Shown here piece after piece: positions 31,508 to 44,720 of a stretch of DNA of 64,000 bases (the first letter of the stretch is position 1; the number at the start of each line of letters is the position of its first letter). The notes below the pieces were generated by a model, which worked only from the letters and a program-made list of their open reading frames with translations, searched no databases and had not been told where the DNA came from. A program made the translations under genes and the position numbers. Source of the DNA: the human T2T-CHM13v2.0 reference genome, Homo sapiens. Location of the stretch: the NCBI RefSeq assembly GCF_009914755.1, contig NC_060936.1. The stretch is one strand, 5' to 3'.

Positions 31508-32446
31508 ATACTACTCCTTTCCCTATTACTTTTTCTTCACAAACCTTCTTTTATTTAAAAAACTCAAAGATAATAAATAACTTTTACTCTATATCTGCAA
31601 TTGTTCTGATTAAAATTAAAATTCATATTTCAATATCATTTTAAATACACTAGAGGAATTGTCTATCTAAAGACATTCTGAGATAAATATTTTGAAAGTA
31701 AAATAGCCTTTTTTGTTTGTTTTATTAAAGATAAATTATCACCACTAGTTTACAATGGGCTTTGACAATCACATTATTTCCTTAAACTGAAGTATGTCCC
31801 CATTTTATTTTAAGGTCCTGCTTCTCCAATCATAAAATTATGAACCTCCAAGTAATATCATAGGTCATCTTGACCAGAGACTCAACCTTTCTATAGGATC
31901 TAAGATCCAGTGAAGTGGCATGATTGTCAAAGTTCACAGAGCTAGTTCCAGAAACAAAACAGATGCTGTTTCTTTGCTGAAGTGTTCCACAAGGAAGCAA
32001 GATGCCATATATATGACATTCCAATGGCACAGTGATTTAAGTGAAACAAAGAAATTAAAGCCATTATAAGATATGTCTTAAGTTAAAAAATCAATCATCT
32101 TTTAGGTAGTATACTTCAAACTTTTCCCAAAAAAATTTTTTTAATTTACTAATTTAAATTATCAATTAAGAGAGAAATTCACTAGTAACTTGATATTGAT
32201 TACGCCTCCTTTCCCCAATGCCTACAAGAGGCTTTGGATGAAACCACTGGCATAAAAATCAATTGTAATCAACTTTCTAATATCTCTGCTTCCATAATTA
32301 ATTTGAGAGTGGAGATACCAAGATAAGTCAGATAATAAGCTATATCTAAAATCGTAGGTAATTGAGATGGGTTTAGCAAATACATTTATTATTCTAGTGT
32401 AGTTCCCACGTATCCCTTAGTCTCACGTGCTTGCTCTCACTCCAGC

Positions 32447-32449
<3 letters not shown>

Positions 32450-32488
<39 letters not shown>
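32450..32488. repeat. (CT)n microsatellite
   Basis: Seen directly in the sequence. Confidence 0.97.
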
Positions 32489-32492
<4 letters not shown>

Positions 32493-33609
32493 TCTTTACT
32501 TATAGCTTGGAAACATGAAAACCTATTTAAGACATTAAAGAAAAATGTTTGTGTTACTTTCAATTACCAAAAAATCTACAAATAGGAGTACATTTAGATA
32601 AAAGAGTACTCCTTTATAGGAGTACATTTAGATAAAAGAGGATTGTAGGAATGCTCAGAGTTATAGGAGATGGATGCAATAAGAAGGATCTGCAGACAGT
32701 GAGAAACAATTACATTTCTCAAAATGATTATAAAACCACTATTATGCTAAGGCAGAGACACATGTTGGTTTCAACCAGTTATGGCAATTATAATCATATC
32801 TCTGGTTCATTACACTCTCTGACATTTGAGATTGTTCTTAATAAAATTAATGTGTCACTTGTTACTTATTTTACATACATAGAGAGCATGAAGCTAATTA
32901 GCAAGGTAAGAAAAAATTGACTTTTACAAACTCATGCCACAATTCATATAGCTCAGAATAATGTACTGATATTAATATCGAAGTAGTTATTTTATTTACA
33001 TGAAATTCTGAAGAATGAATTTGCCATGAAGGGAAACTCTGGAATTAAGTATTACTGAAAAGCTAGCAAGTTAAACGGTGACTTCCCCAGTGCTAAGAAA
33101 GCACTGGACTGAAATTGTAGGGCCTGAGGTCAATTCTCAATTCCACTGGTAAATTTGAATGTCACATAGTCATTTCAATTAACTTTTCTTACTTTTCATT
33201 TGCCCAGACTATCACCTCTCTCCAGTATTTAGTTTTCATCTCACCCTGCCTGCTGATTTCTAGCTAAATAGTCTTCTCATTACTTAATTTCCTACATCTT
33301 CATTAGGTAACTCAGCATCAGAAAAAGATAAGAATCAATACTGGAAATAAAACATCACATGGTTAAAGTTTATGCCACTCCTATGAATTGCTCTACTCAA
33401 AGCTCTCACCAGTAGGGAACAGAAAAACAGGAAAGCATTCTGTGTTTTGCATCCTCAGAGAAATATATCCTTTGTGGTAGAGTAGTGTTGATATGATCTA
33501 TTATAATTGCATCTCCTAAGCTTTATAATTTCTTTTAGTTACTAACACACTGGTATTGACAGAAAAGAGCTCCACTCTTCAAGCCGACAATAAAGAATTT
33601 ATGGAAGAA

Positions 33610-33850
33610 CAACATAATATAGCTAATGGTCATAAGCTTATGCTTAGGAATTAGACATATATGGATAGGAACTCAACTTTGCCACTTACTAGATACGTGA
33701 CTTAAACCAAATTACTTATACTCTCTCTAAACCTCAATTTCTTCACTTGTAAAACAGGACATAACATCACCTCTTTTCAGAATTGCAAGGATTGAATGAA
33801 TTAGCCCACATTAACCACTTTATACATTGTCTGACAAAGAGTTAGATTTT
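33610..33850 (+). mobile_element. MIR
   Basis: ctttgccacttactagatacgtgac...cctcaatttcttcacttgtaaaacagg. Confidence 0.7.
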
Positions 33851-35579
33851 GAGATTAATTTAAAGAAAATAGATGGCAAATATCCAAAAGTTGCATGTTT
33901 CTTGGCTTCATTAAAATAGCTTATATTTGAATTCGTTTACTGTCTAATAAATAGAAATATTTGCTGGGGACTATCAGTGATATTTTGTTTCTTCAGAGTT
34001 TCAGAAAATCAGCTGATGATTCCCTCAGAAGGTCTGCAACATTATTCTTCACAGAATAAACCTGACAAAAACCCTCACAATTTGAACAAGAATGTCTGGT
34101 AGCTAATGGTCCTGGCTGGAGAGGCACTAACACTGAATGTTGTCATTAAGTTTGCCAATATTAAGGTATTGTGTATCAGGGAGTGAACATCATTGGTCCC
34201 TGGGTCAGGCACCTTTTAAATACATCCTATTTTATTACAGGCAATAACTACTTGCCTTACCTCAGCCTGTATTGGCAACTACAGCAGTATCTGTTTTATC
34301 ATGCCCAACACAAAACAGCTGTCTTAAATATCAGCCCGTTGACTTTATTGAGCAGATACAAGAATGTTCTTTTGTTCTAAAACTTGGTTATTATAGCAGA
34401 CTACCTCCTACCTGTCAAATCCCACATGACTGATTGTGTCTTGGCAGAAGTGGGCCTATGGGGTGGAATCTGTAGAAACTGAGTGTGCATTTACAAATCC
34501 ACACTATTCTAACGACTGTTTTATTCCACACTCTCTCCACATTGAATTAATCAGCATGGGATAACATGCAGCTTTATCACTGTCACCTTGGTTCTATGTT
34601 TCTGTGGCTCCCCAAATTGACTATAAATTTTTCCAAAGTACAGATACCTTCTTCTATGTTGCTGTGTGCCACACAGTAAAATGCTGAAGAACCTGGGATA
34701 AGACTAATAGCCAGTTAGTGCTTTTCTTGTGACAGGCTGGGCATTGTACAGACTTTATTTCATTTACTCATCCAACAACCTTGAAATTTTGGTTTTTAAA
34801 TAATTTCTATGTTACAGATTAGGAAATGAGGTTCCAAAAGTTGAAACAGGTTACCCAAAATAACATTCCAAAAAGGGATAAAAATGAGATTTAAAGACAT
34901 CTGTCTGATTTCTAATTCCATTTTCTTGCTGCTATACTCTGCTGCCTCAAATTCTCATTAATCTCTAAATGCAACATTCTTATGGTAATAAAAGTATTTA
35001 GAAAAGTGCAGCCAGTAGCTTAGCCTTGATTCTGCGTATTTAAATAGGAATGGGATGGAAGTAACCAAAACAAGCTACCAAAATCCCTTTGAGAAGATAG
35101 CTTATTAATCATTTCAGTTCTAGAAAACTATCCCCAGGAAAAAAAAGTAACCAGAGATGTTAGATGTTTGTGATGGAGAATACTCATTTTTAACACTGTT
35201 TTGAATAGCAACTTTTTGAAATAAATTTTGGAAAACAAGGGTTAAGTTAAATAAACATAGTACAACCATATAATAGAATACTGCACAGACATGGAAGGTT
35301 ATATTTCCAAAAACTAATAACAACAACATATTCATGATATAATATTAAGGGAAAAGTACAGGAAAAATATTGTATAGAATATATAATTATATTCTATATT
35401 AATACACACTATTAATATATTACATATTGTATTATGTATTATATATTATATGTGTGTATATATTAATATACACAGAGAGAATATAAATGTGATGCTATAC
35501 ATGAGACAAAAATGAACTCATTTGCTCATAGTTTGACGCAACAGCGAAGGATTTTAATTTTTTTATTATCTCTTTGTAA

Positions 35580-35780
35580 TCATTGAGTGCTTAACTAATG
35601 TCACAAGCAGTGTTTTATCTCACTTACATGTATTAACTTATTTAATCCTCAAAGCAAATATAAGAACTGGGGGCTATTATTATCCCCACTTTACAGATGA
35701 GGAAACTGAGGAACAGATGTTTCAAAGATACTAAGTGGCAGAGCTAATCTAGCCCTACACCCACGTTCTTCAGCGCTAAG
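35580..35780 (-). mobile_element. MIR
   Basis: tttaatcctca...ctattattatccccactttacagatgaggaaactgagg. Confidence 0.78.
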
Positions 35781-36933
35781 CAAAACTGGCTCTCAAACAG
35801 GCTAAGAACTGGATGAAATCTCTTTGAGAGGAATTGTATTTCTTCTCAGTCTTGAGTAAACTCAAATAGGGGATATAGGCTTCTGCCTGCTACAACACAA
35901 ATAACAGACCTAAAGGAGCACAGCTATTACCACCCTCTCCTGTGGGATCCTGTCCTTTAAACTGCTTCTAGATTAGCATTCTCCACATACCAGGGCTGTT
36001 TTAAAACCCCTCAGGCCCCAAATGCTAAAAAACACAGGCAGACCAAAATACTGGTGGAACAACAATGTTAAGTAAGGTATTTCTCTGAAAAAAAAATATA
36101 CCAGGGCAACTCTCACATTAAGACTTCAACGCCACAGTTCAGAAAGTTCCCAGGACAAATTTTACTGAAACTCTGGGGCTAAGACAAACCTAAATATGAT
36201 CAAAAAAGGCACTACAGGGTGACTACAATCTTGAACCACAGGATCTCAAGAGCTGCAGAGACAGAATAGGATGTTACGGTCTACAACAACTTTACCCTCT
36301 GTTTACCTGTCATATGGCTCATTAACAGCACAACAGGCAGTCTAATATCCCTAGCTTATATAACTTAATTTATCAACTAACAACATCACTTGAAAATCTA
36401 TTTACATAGTATCTCCAAATTTTTTGTCTGACTAAAGAAAGGTAAAGTATGCTAAGAGATGAACCAATGTGGACTAAGGTAGAGCCTCCAACTGTTGTGT
36501 TTGAATGCTTTGATTCCTTTCACCGCAGATCATTAGAACAGCACAGGTATCTACCTCAGACAGCCAACTCCAAAAAGGGTCAGACACTCTCTCTTGGAAT
36601 CTAACTTTGCTTTCGCAGATGGTCAGTTAATCACTAAGTGTAGCTGGACTTGTAACATGTAAACTTGCAAAGGATATGCCACCAGTGGATGGAGAAAGAG
36701 GGAAAGAAAAATACAACTTCAAAGTAAGAGAAGAATAAAAGTGTAGAGAGAACCACATGAAAAGGAGAGGGAGAAATTTAAAAGTCTCTAAGTTCCTAAC
36801 TGCAATATACCTGCTATCACAACTTTTATGGATTATAAAATCATACAACCCCACTTATTCCAGTAGAGAAGGAAGACCAGAGATAGTGCTGAACTTGACA
36901 CTACCACTTCTAATAGTGACAGTCTAACAAGAG

Positions 36934-37305
36934 TGTTATGAACTGAATGTTTGCGTCCCCCCAAAATTCATGTGTTGAAATCCTAACCCCTAATGTGATG
37001 ATATTAGGAGGTAGGGCCTTTGGGAGATGATTAGGTCATGATGATGGTGCCTGCCCTTATGAATGGGAATACTGTCCTGATAAAAGGAACCCCAGAGAGC
37101 TCTCTCACTCTCTGTAGGCCATGTGAAAGTACAGTGAGAAGCTGGCAGCCTGTAACCTGAAAAAAAAGCTCACATCAGAACCTGACTATGTTGGCACCCT
37201 GATCGCAGACATCCATCCTCTACAACTGTGAGAAATAAATGTATGATGTTAATAAGCCACCTTGTCTCTGGTACTTTATTATAATAGCCAGAACTGAACC
37301 AGACA
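36934..37305 (+). mobile_element. MLT1A-type MaLR LTR
   Basis: tgttatgaactgaatgtttgcgtccccccaaaattcatgtgttgaaatcctaacc...aactgtgagaaataaatg...agaca. Confidence 0.87.
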
Positions 37306-37569
37306 AACAACAATAATTTTCTTTTATATAAGGCTTTACCTTTTCCAAAAGTCCATAAACAGTGATGTGCAAGTATATATTTTAAAACAACCTCTTCAAT
37401 AAAAAGCTGAACGTTTGTGTGTACAAAATTTGTTATTTTTTACTGATGTGTAGAGTATGTAGCTTGGCACACAATCTACAAATAATAAGTTGCACATAGT
37501 ACTTTTATTATAAACTCCATAGAGTCAACTGATTCCCACAGAATGATTTCTTAAATACAGATGACAAAA

Positions 37570-37926
37570 GGGTAAGTCAAACACTGATTTGCAGTGTTTG
37601 CCAATTCCCATGGTGTAAATATTCCCACTATGGCTTATTTCAAGCTGCCAAGGTGGCACACATGAATTGGGAAGAGAACAGAAGCACAGCACTGCAGAAT
37701 ACTTTCAACACACAGATTTAAAAAATAGAGAATAGATGATTATAAAAAAAAACAGATGACAGTAACATGTAGTAAAGCAATTAGGAAGTTATAACCTTTC
37801 AGCATTTCTTAAATTTATTTTTAATATAATTTAATTTTGTTTATATAATTCAATTTTTAATAGTCACTTTAACAACTGACTTACAAATTTCTGTTCCCAA
37901 ACCCATTTAAGCTCCAGCACACCATC
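37570..37926 (-). mobile_element. MER63-type hAT-Blackjack element
   Basis: ctgatttgcagtgtttgccaattcccatggtgtaaatattcccac...ttcaagctgccaa, and terminal gctccagcacaccat. Confidence 0.7.
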
Positions 37927-38057
37927 AAAAAGTATCTTCCTAACACCCTAGTAGGGTGGGTTTTACTAACTCAGATCAAGGGACTAGAGTTAGAGTCACT
38001 TACTCATGAAACCAAGAGATGAAAATAATTAGTGTGTATAACCAGCACAGCTTGAAC

Positions 38058-38150
38058 TTGTTAAAAGCTCAGATTCCTGGGTCCCATCCCCAGAGATTTT
38101 GATTCAATAGATCTGCTATGGGACCTAGGAATGATATTTTAACAGGAGAA
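38058..38150. mobile_element. MER5-type hAT fragment
   Basis: ttgttaaaa..cagattcctgggtcccatccccagagattttgattca. Confidence 0.6.
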
Positions 38151-38714
38151 ATCCCTCTTCCCACATTAGACAATTTGGCTATAGAACTGCAGCATCAAAC
38201 ATTTACTAACTACATATTCTGTGCCAAGCTCAGAATATAGTACATGGACATGAAAGAGACAAAACTTGTCCTCAAGGAGAATAGAAAGACTAAGAGTGGT
38301 AATATACCTATGACACTGGCACACCTCAGCTACTTTGGGACTAATCCAGTTTAGGAGCACAGCCTAATCCAGAAAAGAAGGGGAAGGGAGGTAGGGCAGG
38401 GCAAAGAGCAGCACCTGTGTAGCCACAAAAGCATGAGGAGTTTGGTTGTCTAGGATGAACGCTCACACTTTGGGACTGTACCTTTTATAAGTATTTTTTA
38501 GCCGTATTTCTCGGGCATGCATTTTGGGCTATGGCACACATCTGTTTATCAGACTATATACAGTTGCTGGGTTCATGCAAGGAGTGATGGGAGATGAGGC
38601 AATAGACTTACACCAGGTCAGGAAGGGCTTTTTAGAATGCCTAGCACCACGTAGGCACTCAACCCTTTTCCACTTCATAGTCTTCCTTCCACTTTAATGT
38701 TTAAAGTCAGTATT

Positions 38715-39011
<297 letters not shown>

Positions 39012-39931
39012 TCAGTATTATCACCATTATAGGATTATTTCTGTGACAGGATGTACATTTGATACCTAACATGCAAAGTCTAGAAATACACAATATTCTC
39101 ACTGCTTTTATTATTGATAAGCTGACTTCTCAATCAGAGAAAATGATGAAAATCAGTGAAATAGTGCAACAAAATCAAGGACCCAAGGAAAACAGGTGAT
39201 TACTGCATATTATTTTTCCCAGTGGGTTTACCTCATTCTATAGTAATAAGCTTTCAGAATAAAATGGAAATATTACCTTAGTTTATCTCTCAAGGTTGTA
39301 TCATTTCAGCTACAGGCATTTTTAGTTAATTAAGTAAGCTAATTAATTTAAAAATCTACAAATTTATACAATAAAAGAAAATGAATGCAAGAAGAGCTAG
39401 ACAATGGGTAGAAGACGAAGGAGGTCAAATAGCAGGAGCTTGCCTCTGCATAAATACATCTAGAAAAGGGTACCTCTCACCCCCTTAACACAAATTTAAG
39501 TGGCTATAAATTTAACCACTGTCCCTTCTCTAATCCAAACCATGCCTATCCAGCTTGTCTCTGCCCAAGCCCCATCTCTCCCCTTTGTAATATACTCCAA
39601 GCACCCTATTCCACAATGATCCTTTCCCTCCTCATGCATGAGCCTCATCTTTGAATTTAGCCCCGTTACCGTGTCTTATGTAGTGTTTATCTCTCAATCA
39701 GATTTTACATTTTCAGAGAACTTCTTTTGCATTTCTCATGGACCCTAGCATAAACATAGACATATAAAAGGCACTCAGACACTTGATGAATAAACAGACT
39801 AAATTATTTCCATGAATTATATTCAAGCTTCAATCGTTTATCTTTTTCACCTTCCCCAAAATGAAGATAAAAACTTTGTCATAAAGCTTTTAATGATAGG
39901 GGACAGTGAAAGGAGGTGAAAGAAAGGAAAT

Positions 39932-40106
39932 GAAGAAAAGAAAAGGAAAGGAAAGAGAAAAAAGAAAAGAGAAAGAGAAAAGAAAGAAAGAAAGAGAAAG
40001 AGAAAGAAGGAAAGAAAGAAAGAAAGAAAGAAAAAAGAAAGAAAGAAAAAGAAAGAAAAGAAAGAAGGAAGGAAGGAAAGGAAGGAAGGAAGGAAGGAAG
40101 GAAGGA

Positions 40107-40138
<32 letters not shown>

Positions 40139-40150
40139 AAAGAAAGAAAG

Positions 40151-40181
<31 letters not shown>

Positions 40182-40220
40182 GAAAGAAAGAAAGAAAGAA
40201 AGGAGAGAGAGAAAGAAAGA
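39932..40220. repeat. 289-nt uninterrupted polypurine tract, (GAAA)n/(GGAA)n
   Basis: No pyrimidine on the + strand between T39931 and T40221. Confidence 0.97.
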
Positions 40221-42129
40221 TAAAGAATGAGAAAGAAAGAACCTATTCAAATCTGAGCTGCTTTTGAAGTGTGGGCAAATCCTCAGAAGTCTCTGGTATA
40301 GTAAGGCAAGGGAATTCCTTACTCTGCCTGCCCATAGCAAGGCTCAGAGGCCTTCAACTGTGCTTTGTTGCTAAGTGAAATCCCCACAACCTTTCTACAA
40401 AACATGTTCTTGATGCACATCAAAGAAGATAGAGAAAGCGGGAACAGGTATCCCAATGCTGGTTCTATCCTTGTGTTCTTTAACCAACTTATTGAAGTTC
40501 AAAAGAGAAGGACTTTTACAGAATTCCATACCTGAATCATATATAACACATTTATTCAACAAATGTTATTTCCAGTATTATAATAATAGCTAACATTTTT
40601 GAAAACATGTTTTTGTTTCATGCATTCTGTAAGCGCTTTCACACATCACCTTGATAACACTCTATATAAGGTAAATACCATAACTATTCTTATTTTTGGA
40701 GATGAGAATGCTTAGACAGACTGAATAAGAACTTACTCCAAGGTAGCAAGAACAAGTCACAAAGCCAGAATTTGTACTTAGGTCTCTGATGCCAAAGCCC
40801 AAACTAAACCACCTCCTATGGTTACAAGATCCAACAATACTCAAATATTTTTATCTTTGAATTTTAATGTATTAAAAATAAATTTAACCCACCTTTTCAG
40901 GAACTATTCCCAAACCTATTCCAAAGGCACTAACTTGGGTATTTAATTATGTTTCTCTTTGCCCAAAAGATGCTTTTTACCTCAAACTTATCGTAAATAG
41001 TAAGCTGAGTCAGAAGCAACTCAAACAATAGACTAAGCACTAGTGCCCCTGGCAGAGATGCTTGACACTAAGTATTCAGGTTCTCTTTCAGGATTTTTTT
41101 TTCCTGTTAGAAATCTTAAAAATTAAAAACAAAATGTCAAAGCAATGTTATGAAAAAAAGCTGGAACAAGGGATTTGCAGGTTCTGAGGCAGCAAACTGA
41201 AACAAATTGCCTTAAGCCAATTGACTTCAGTATGCCCAGCACACTCACAGAAAACATGCATCAAAAAAGGGGCTGCATTAAACATGGGCCCTACTGGCAG
41301 AATGACCAGTTTAGGTATAATTTCCCTTAAAAAGCTCATGGAAAAATTCAGACTTGATTGACAATATTCTTTTATATTCATTCCAAGTATAGGCCACATG
41401 CCATTCAGACTTTGCAGACTGTTGAGCAGAGGATAAGAACTCTAGTAATGCTGTTATTGTAGGACTTCCGGCTATCCATTATCTGTATATACCAGTAACT
41501 TCCCTCTAACATCGAAAGCAAGCTTCAGAGAAAAGAAAAAGGCCTAGGAATCCTCTAAAGAGTTTTCCAAACAGCTTCACCTGTTCCATTGACAGAAAAA
41601 TCTCAGGCAGCACTTAAAGCAGTGACAGCAATGAGGCAAGAGCTTAATGATAGCTATCATTATCAGCATGATTATTTCCATAGTCCCAGATCAGTCTTAA
41701 GAGGCGGCAAACAATCAGGTGATATAGTTTCAGGGCTAGATAAAGGCTGTCCCCTACCCTCAAATAATACTTCTACTACGGTTGCTGGTGCTCGAATTTT
41801 CACCCCCAGAAAAGAATTCCTTTGGCTTTAGGCTCAGTTTGTGAAAATGCAAAGTCAAGATTGATGGAATTTTAAACTTATTTACATCAAGATCACCCAA
41901 ATTTGTTAGATATCTTCAAGGCAAGTTTGCTAAGGAAAGGAAAGGGAGGATGTGAGGGCATAAAAACAATCTTAGGGCAAAAATGGATAAATGAGGAGCC
42001 AGTTTTCCAGTGAGACAGACCCAATTATGCAAACAAGGGAGTGGGCTCCAGGGTCAATATTAATTCGCAAATTAGTGGCCAGTACCAATTTAGCACCATC
42101 GCTCATCTCCTTCTCAAAATCATCTATGA

Positions 42130-42543
<414 letters not shown>

Positions 42544-42599
42544 GAGAGTCAGTTTTTACAAGCACTCAGATGTGGGCCCGAAAACAAATCAAAACAAAA

Positions 42600-44720
42600 G
42601 TCGTGACTTCCCAGATCTTAGGTAAGGCATAGATTCGTCTGCAAGGAGGGCCGAAATCTCTACCTATCAGGCAAAAGGCAAAAAGCCCGGAAGGGTCGGG
42701 GAGAAGCAAGCTGGAAGGCTCCAGGAAGTGGGTGGGGAGGAAGCTGCCGGGGTTGGAGCCAACCCTAGCAACAGCAGGTTTGCACACGCCTAGCAGAGGA
42801 AGTCCCGGGCCTAAGCGTGCAGCGGTCACAAGAGCTTTTGGCAGTGCTGTCCCCTTCGATTCCGGTCATCACCCAACCATCCAGCCCGGGTTTGGGGCGG
42901 AAAACCGGCTTGTAAAGTGGGCGGCGGCCGGTGTTCCCACAGCTGAGTCACAGCCCAGCCAACTTTTACAGCGTTTCCCAGAAAGAAAATACAAAGTCTC
43001 AGTCCCGGAGCCCACCGCTTCTAATTCCCGCTCCCCTGTGTCACCTGACCCGGGGTAACTCCAGCCCCACTACTGAGATATTTCCCACTCATGGCGCAAC
43101 TTCTTGCCTGCGCAAAGCCTCGTGGTACCCCGAGCGCTCTCCAAGTGCTACCAACCCCACAGATGAGAGGGCAGGAGAGAGGGGAAGGGCTGCGTCCTCA
43201 CCTGCAGGACACGGACACCTCCACCCGCGTGGCCGGGATGGCAGCGCTCAGCTGGTTCAAGTCCCCGATGCCCGCAGTGCTGTTGTAGCGGCTGTCCATA
43301 TTGGGAGGAGGCGCCTTGGACTTGTCCGGCGCCCACAACCACAGCTCGGGCGGACTGAGGGCTAGCTCCCGTCAGGCGGGGATGGGGGTTGAGGGTGGAG
43401 GCAGAAGAAGGAGGCGGAGGCAGCGCGCGGGATGGGGGAGGGAAGGGAGGAGGCGGACCTCCGCGCAGAGCCACGAGGGAACCGCTAGCCAGTCCTGGGT
43501 GAAACTGACGCTGCCGGGCAAGTGGCGCGCGGGGATCCCGGTTTCCCAGCCCCCTTCCGGCAGGCAGCAGCCCGGGCGGGGGACACACTCCGTGATCCCC
43601 TCCTGGCTGGAGGGGTCAGGCTTGGTGGACCCAGCAAGCAGCCTGATGGAGAAGGTGGCACCAGACGCAGACCCCTACCGTCCAGGACCGCAAGCCCTCG
43701 CCGGCTCTGCGTGCTTTTAGGTTTTGTCTCCACCTCTGCACACCCACACTCGCCTCCTGGGCCGCGACAGCTTCCTTCTGTCAATCAGGTGTGGACGGGA
43801 AGGTCTCGAAGTTTCCTCGCCTGAGTTGAAAGCTGGAGGTGGGGGCACCTCTGCCCGTTCCTAACTGCCCCGTTATAAGGTCCCCCTCCCCACAATTGGT
43901 TCTCACCTCGCCCTCGGAGCTCTTGGGAGATCCCTCCGTCCCTCCTACTGTGCCCTCGGGCAGATGAGTCTGGTCCCAGCTTCTGGACTGCCCACTGTCG
44001 GCCACTTGAGAGTTGGGGACGGTGGGGCATTGTGACGCTCTCCAACCTTGGAACACGGTGGCAAAGTGGCCGATCAATATATGGGACAAGTGGGGGCGGG
44101 GGGGCGGACTCTAAGGTGGAAAAAACAATACTACTTGGGATTTAAGGAAGCAATCTGGATTCTGTCTCCCCTTGGTTCTTCGGAGCTTAGAGGTCTAACG
44201 GCGACATTCCTCCTACAGTAAGGGCTCTTCTGGGTCCCTCGTTTCCAAAGGCATGAAAGTTCTGACCTGAAAATGGGGGCCGGGGAGGGTGATGTCACAA
44301 CCATATAACGCAGCTCCTTCAGCCGACTCCCACCCGCAAGAACTGAGACCTGACGGATAAAAGCAGAGAGGAGTCAGAGTGAGCGCTGCGTTTGGGAAAC
44401 TGCATTCCAGGGCAGCAAGACTGGTGCCAAGACGGAGTCGTGGCAAAAGCATCCGGAGGTAGACGAGGCGCCCCTCCACTGCAGGGACCTTTGTTCCCCG
44501 CGCCTTCCCTCCTGCCTCACCCGAGCGCCTGCGGGTCCCGGGAGCTCGCCACCAGGCGGCGACGGAGAACAGGATGCGGCGCAGCTGGAAGGCAGAGGGT
44601 GGAGAGGGGGCGGGTGTCCGTCCGATTTAACGCTCCAAGCACGGAGTTTCCAGCTGGTTGGGCTAAGTCTGGGAGGAGCAGTTTTTGCGGTGGAGGACTT
44701 GCCCTGCGTTGTAACATTTT
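42600..44720. promoter_or_regulatory. CpG island / GC-rich promoter of CPNE8, probably bidirectional
   Basis: Abrupt rise in GC and CpG density against an AT-rich background. It contains exon 1, tandem GC boxes (gggggcggggggcgg, about 44093-44108) and G-runs around the likely TSS (about 43400-43450). Edges are approximate. Confidence 0.9.
43202..43299 (-). CDS. CPNE8: Copine-8 coding exon 1 (MDSRYNSTAGIGDLNQLSAAIPATRVEVSVSC + AG), phase-2 donor
   Basis: Reverse complement reads cccaatATGG (A at -3, G at +4) through ...TCCTGCAG|gtgagg. It is 98 nt (32 codons + 2). The peptide matches the human copine-8 N-terminus as I recall it, and the exon lies in a CpG island. Confidence 0.97.

Noticed and set aside
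39879-40340. 153-aa F/S/L-rich and 105-aa K/E/R-rich ORFs
   Set aside because: They are translations of the stop-free (GAAA)n tract on either strand and show no sign of being genes.
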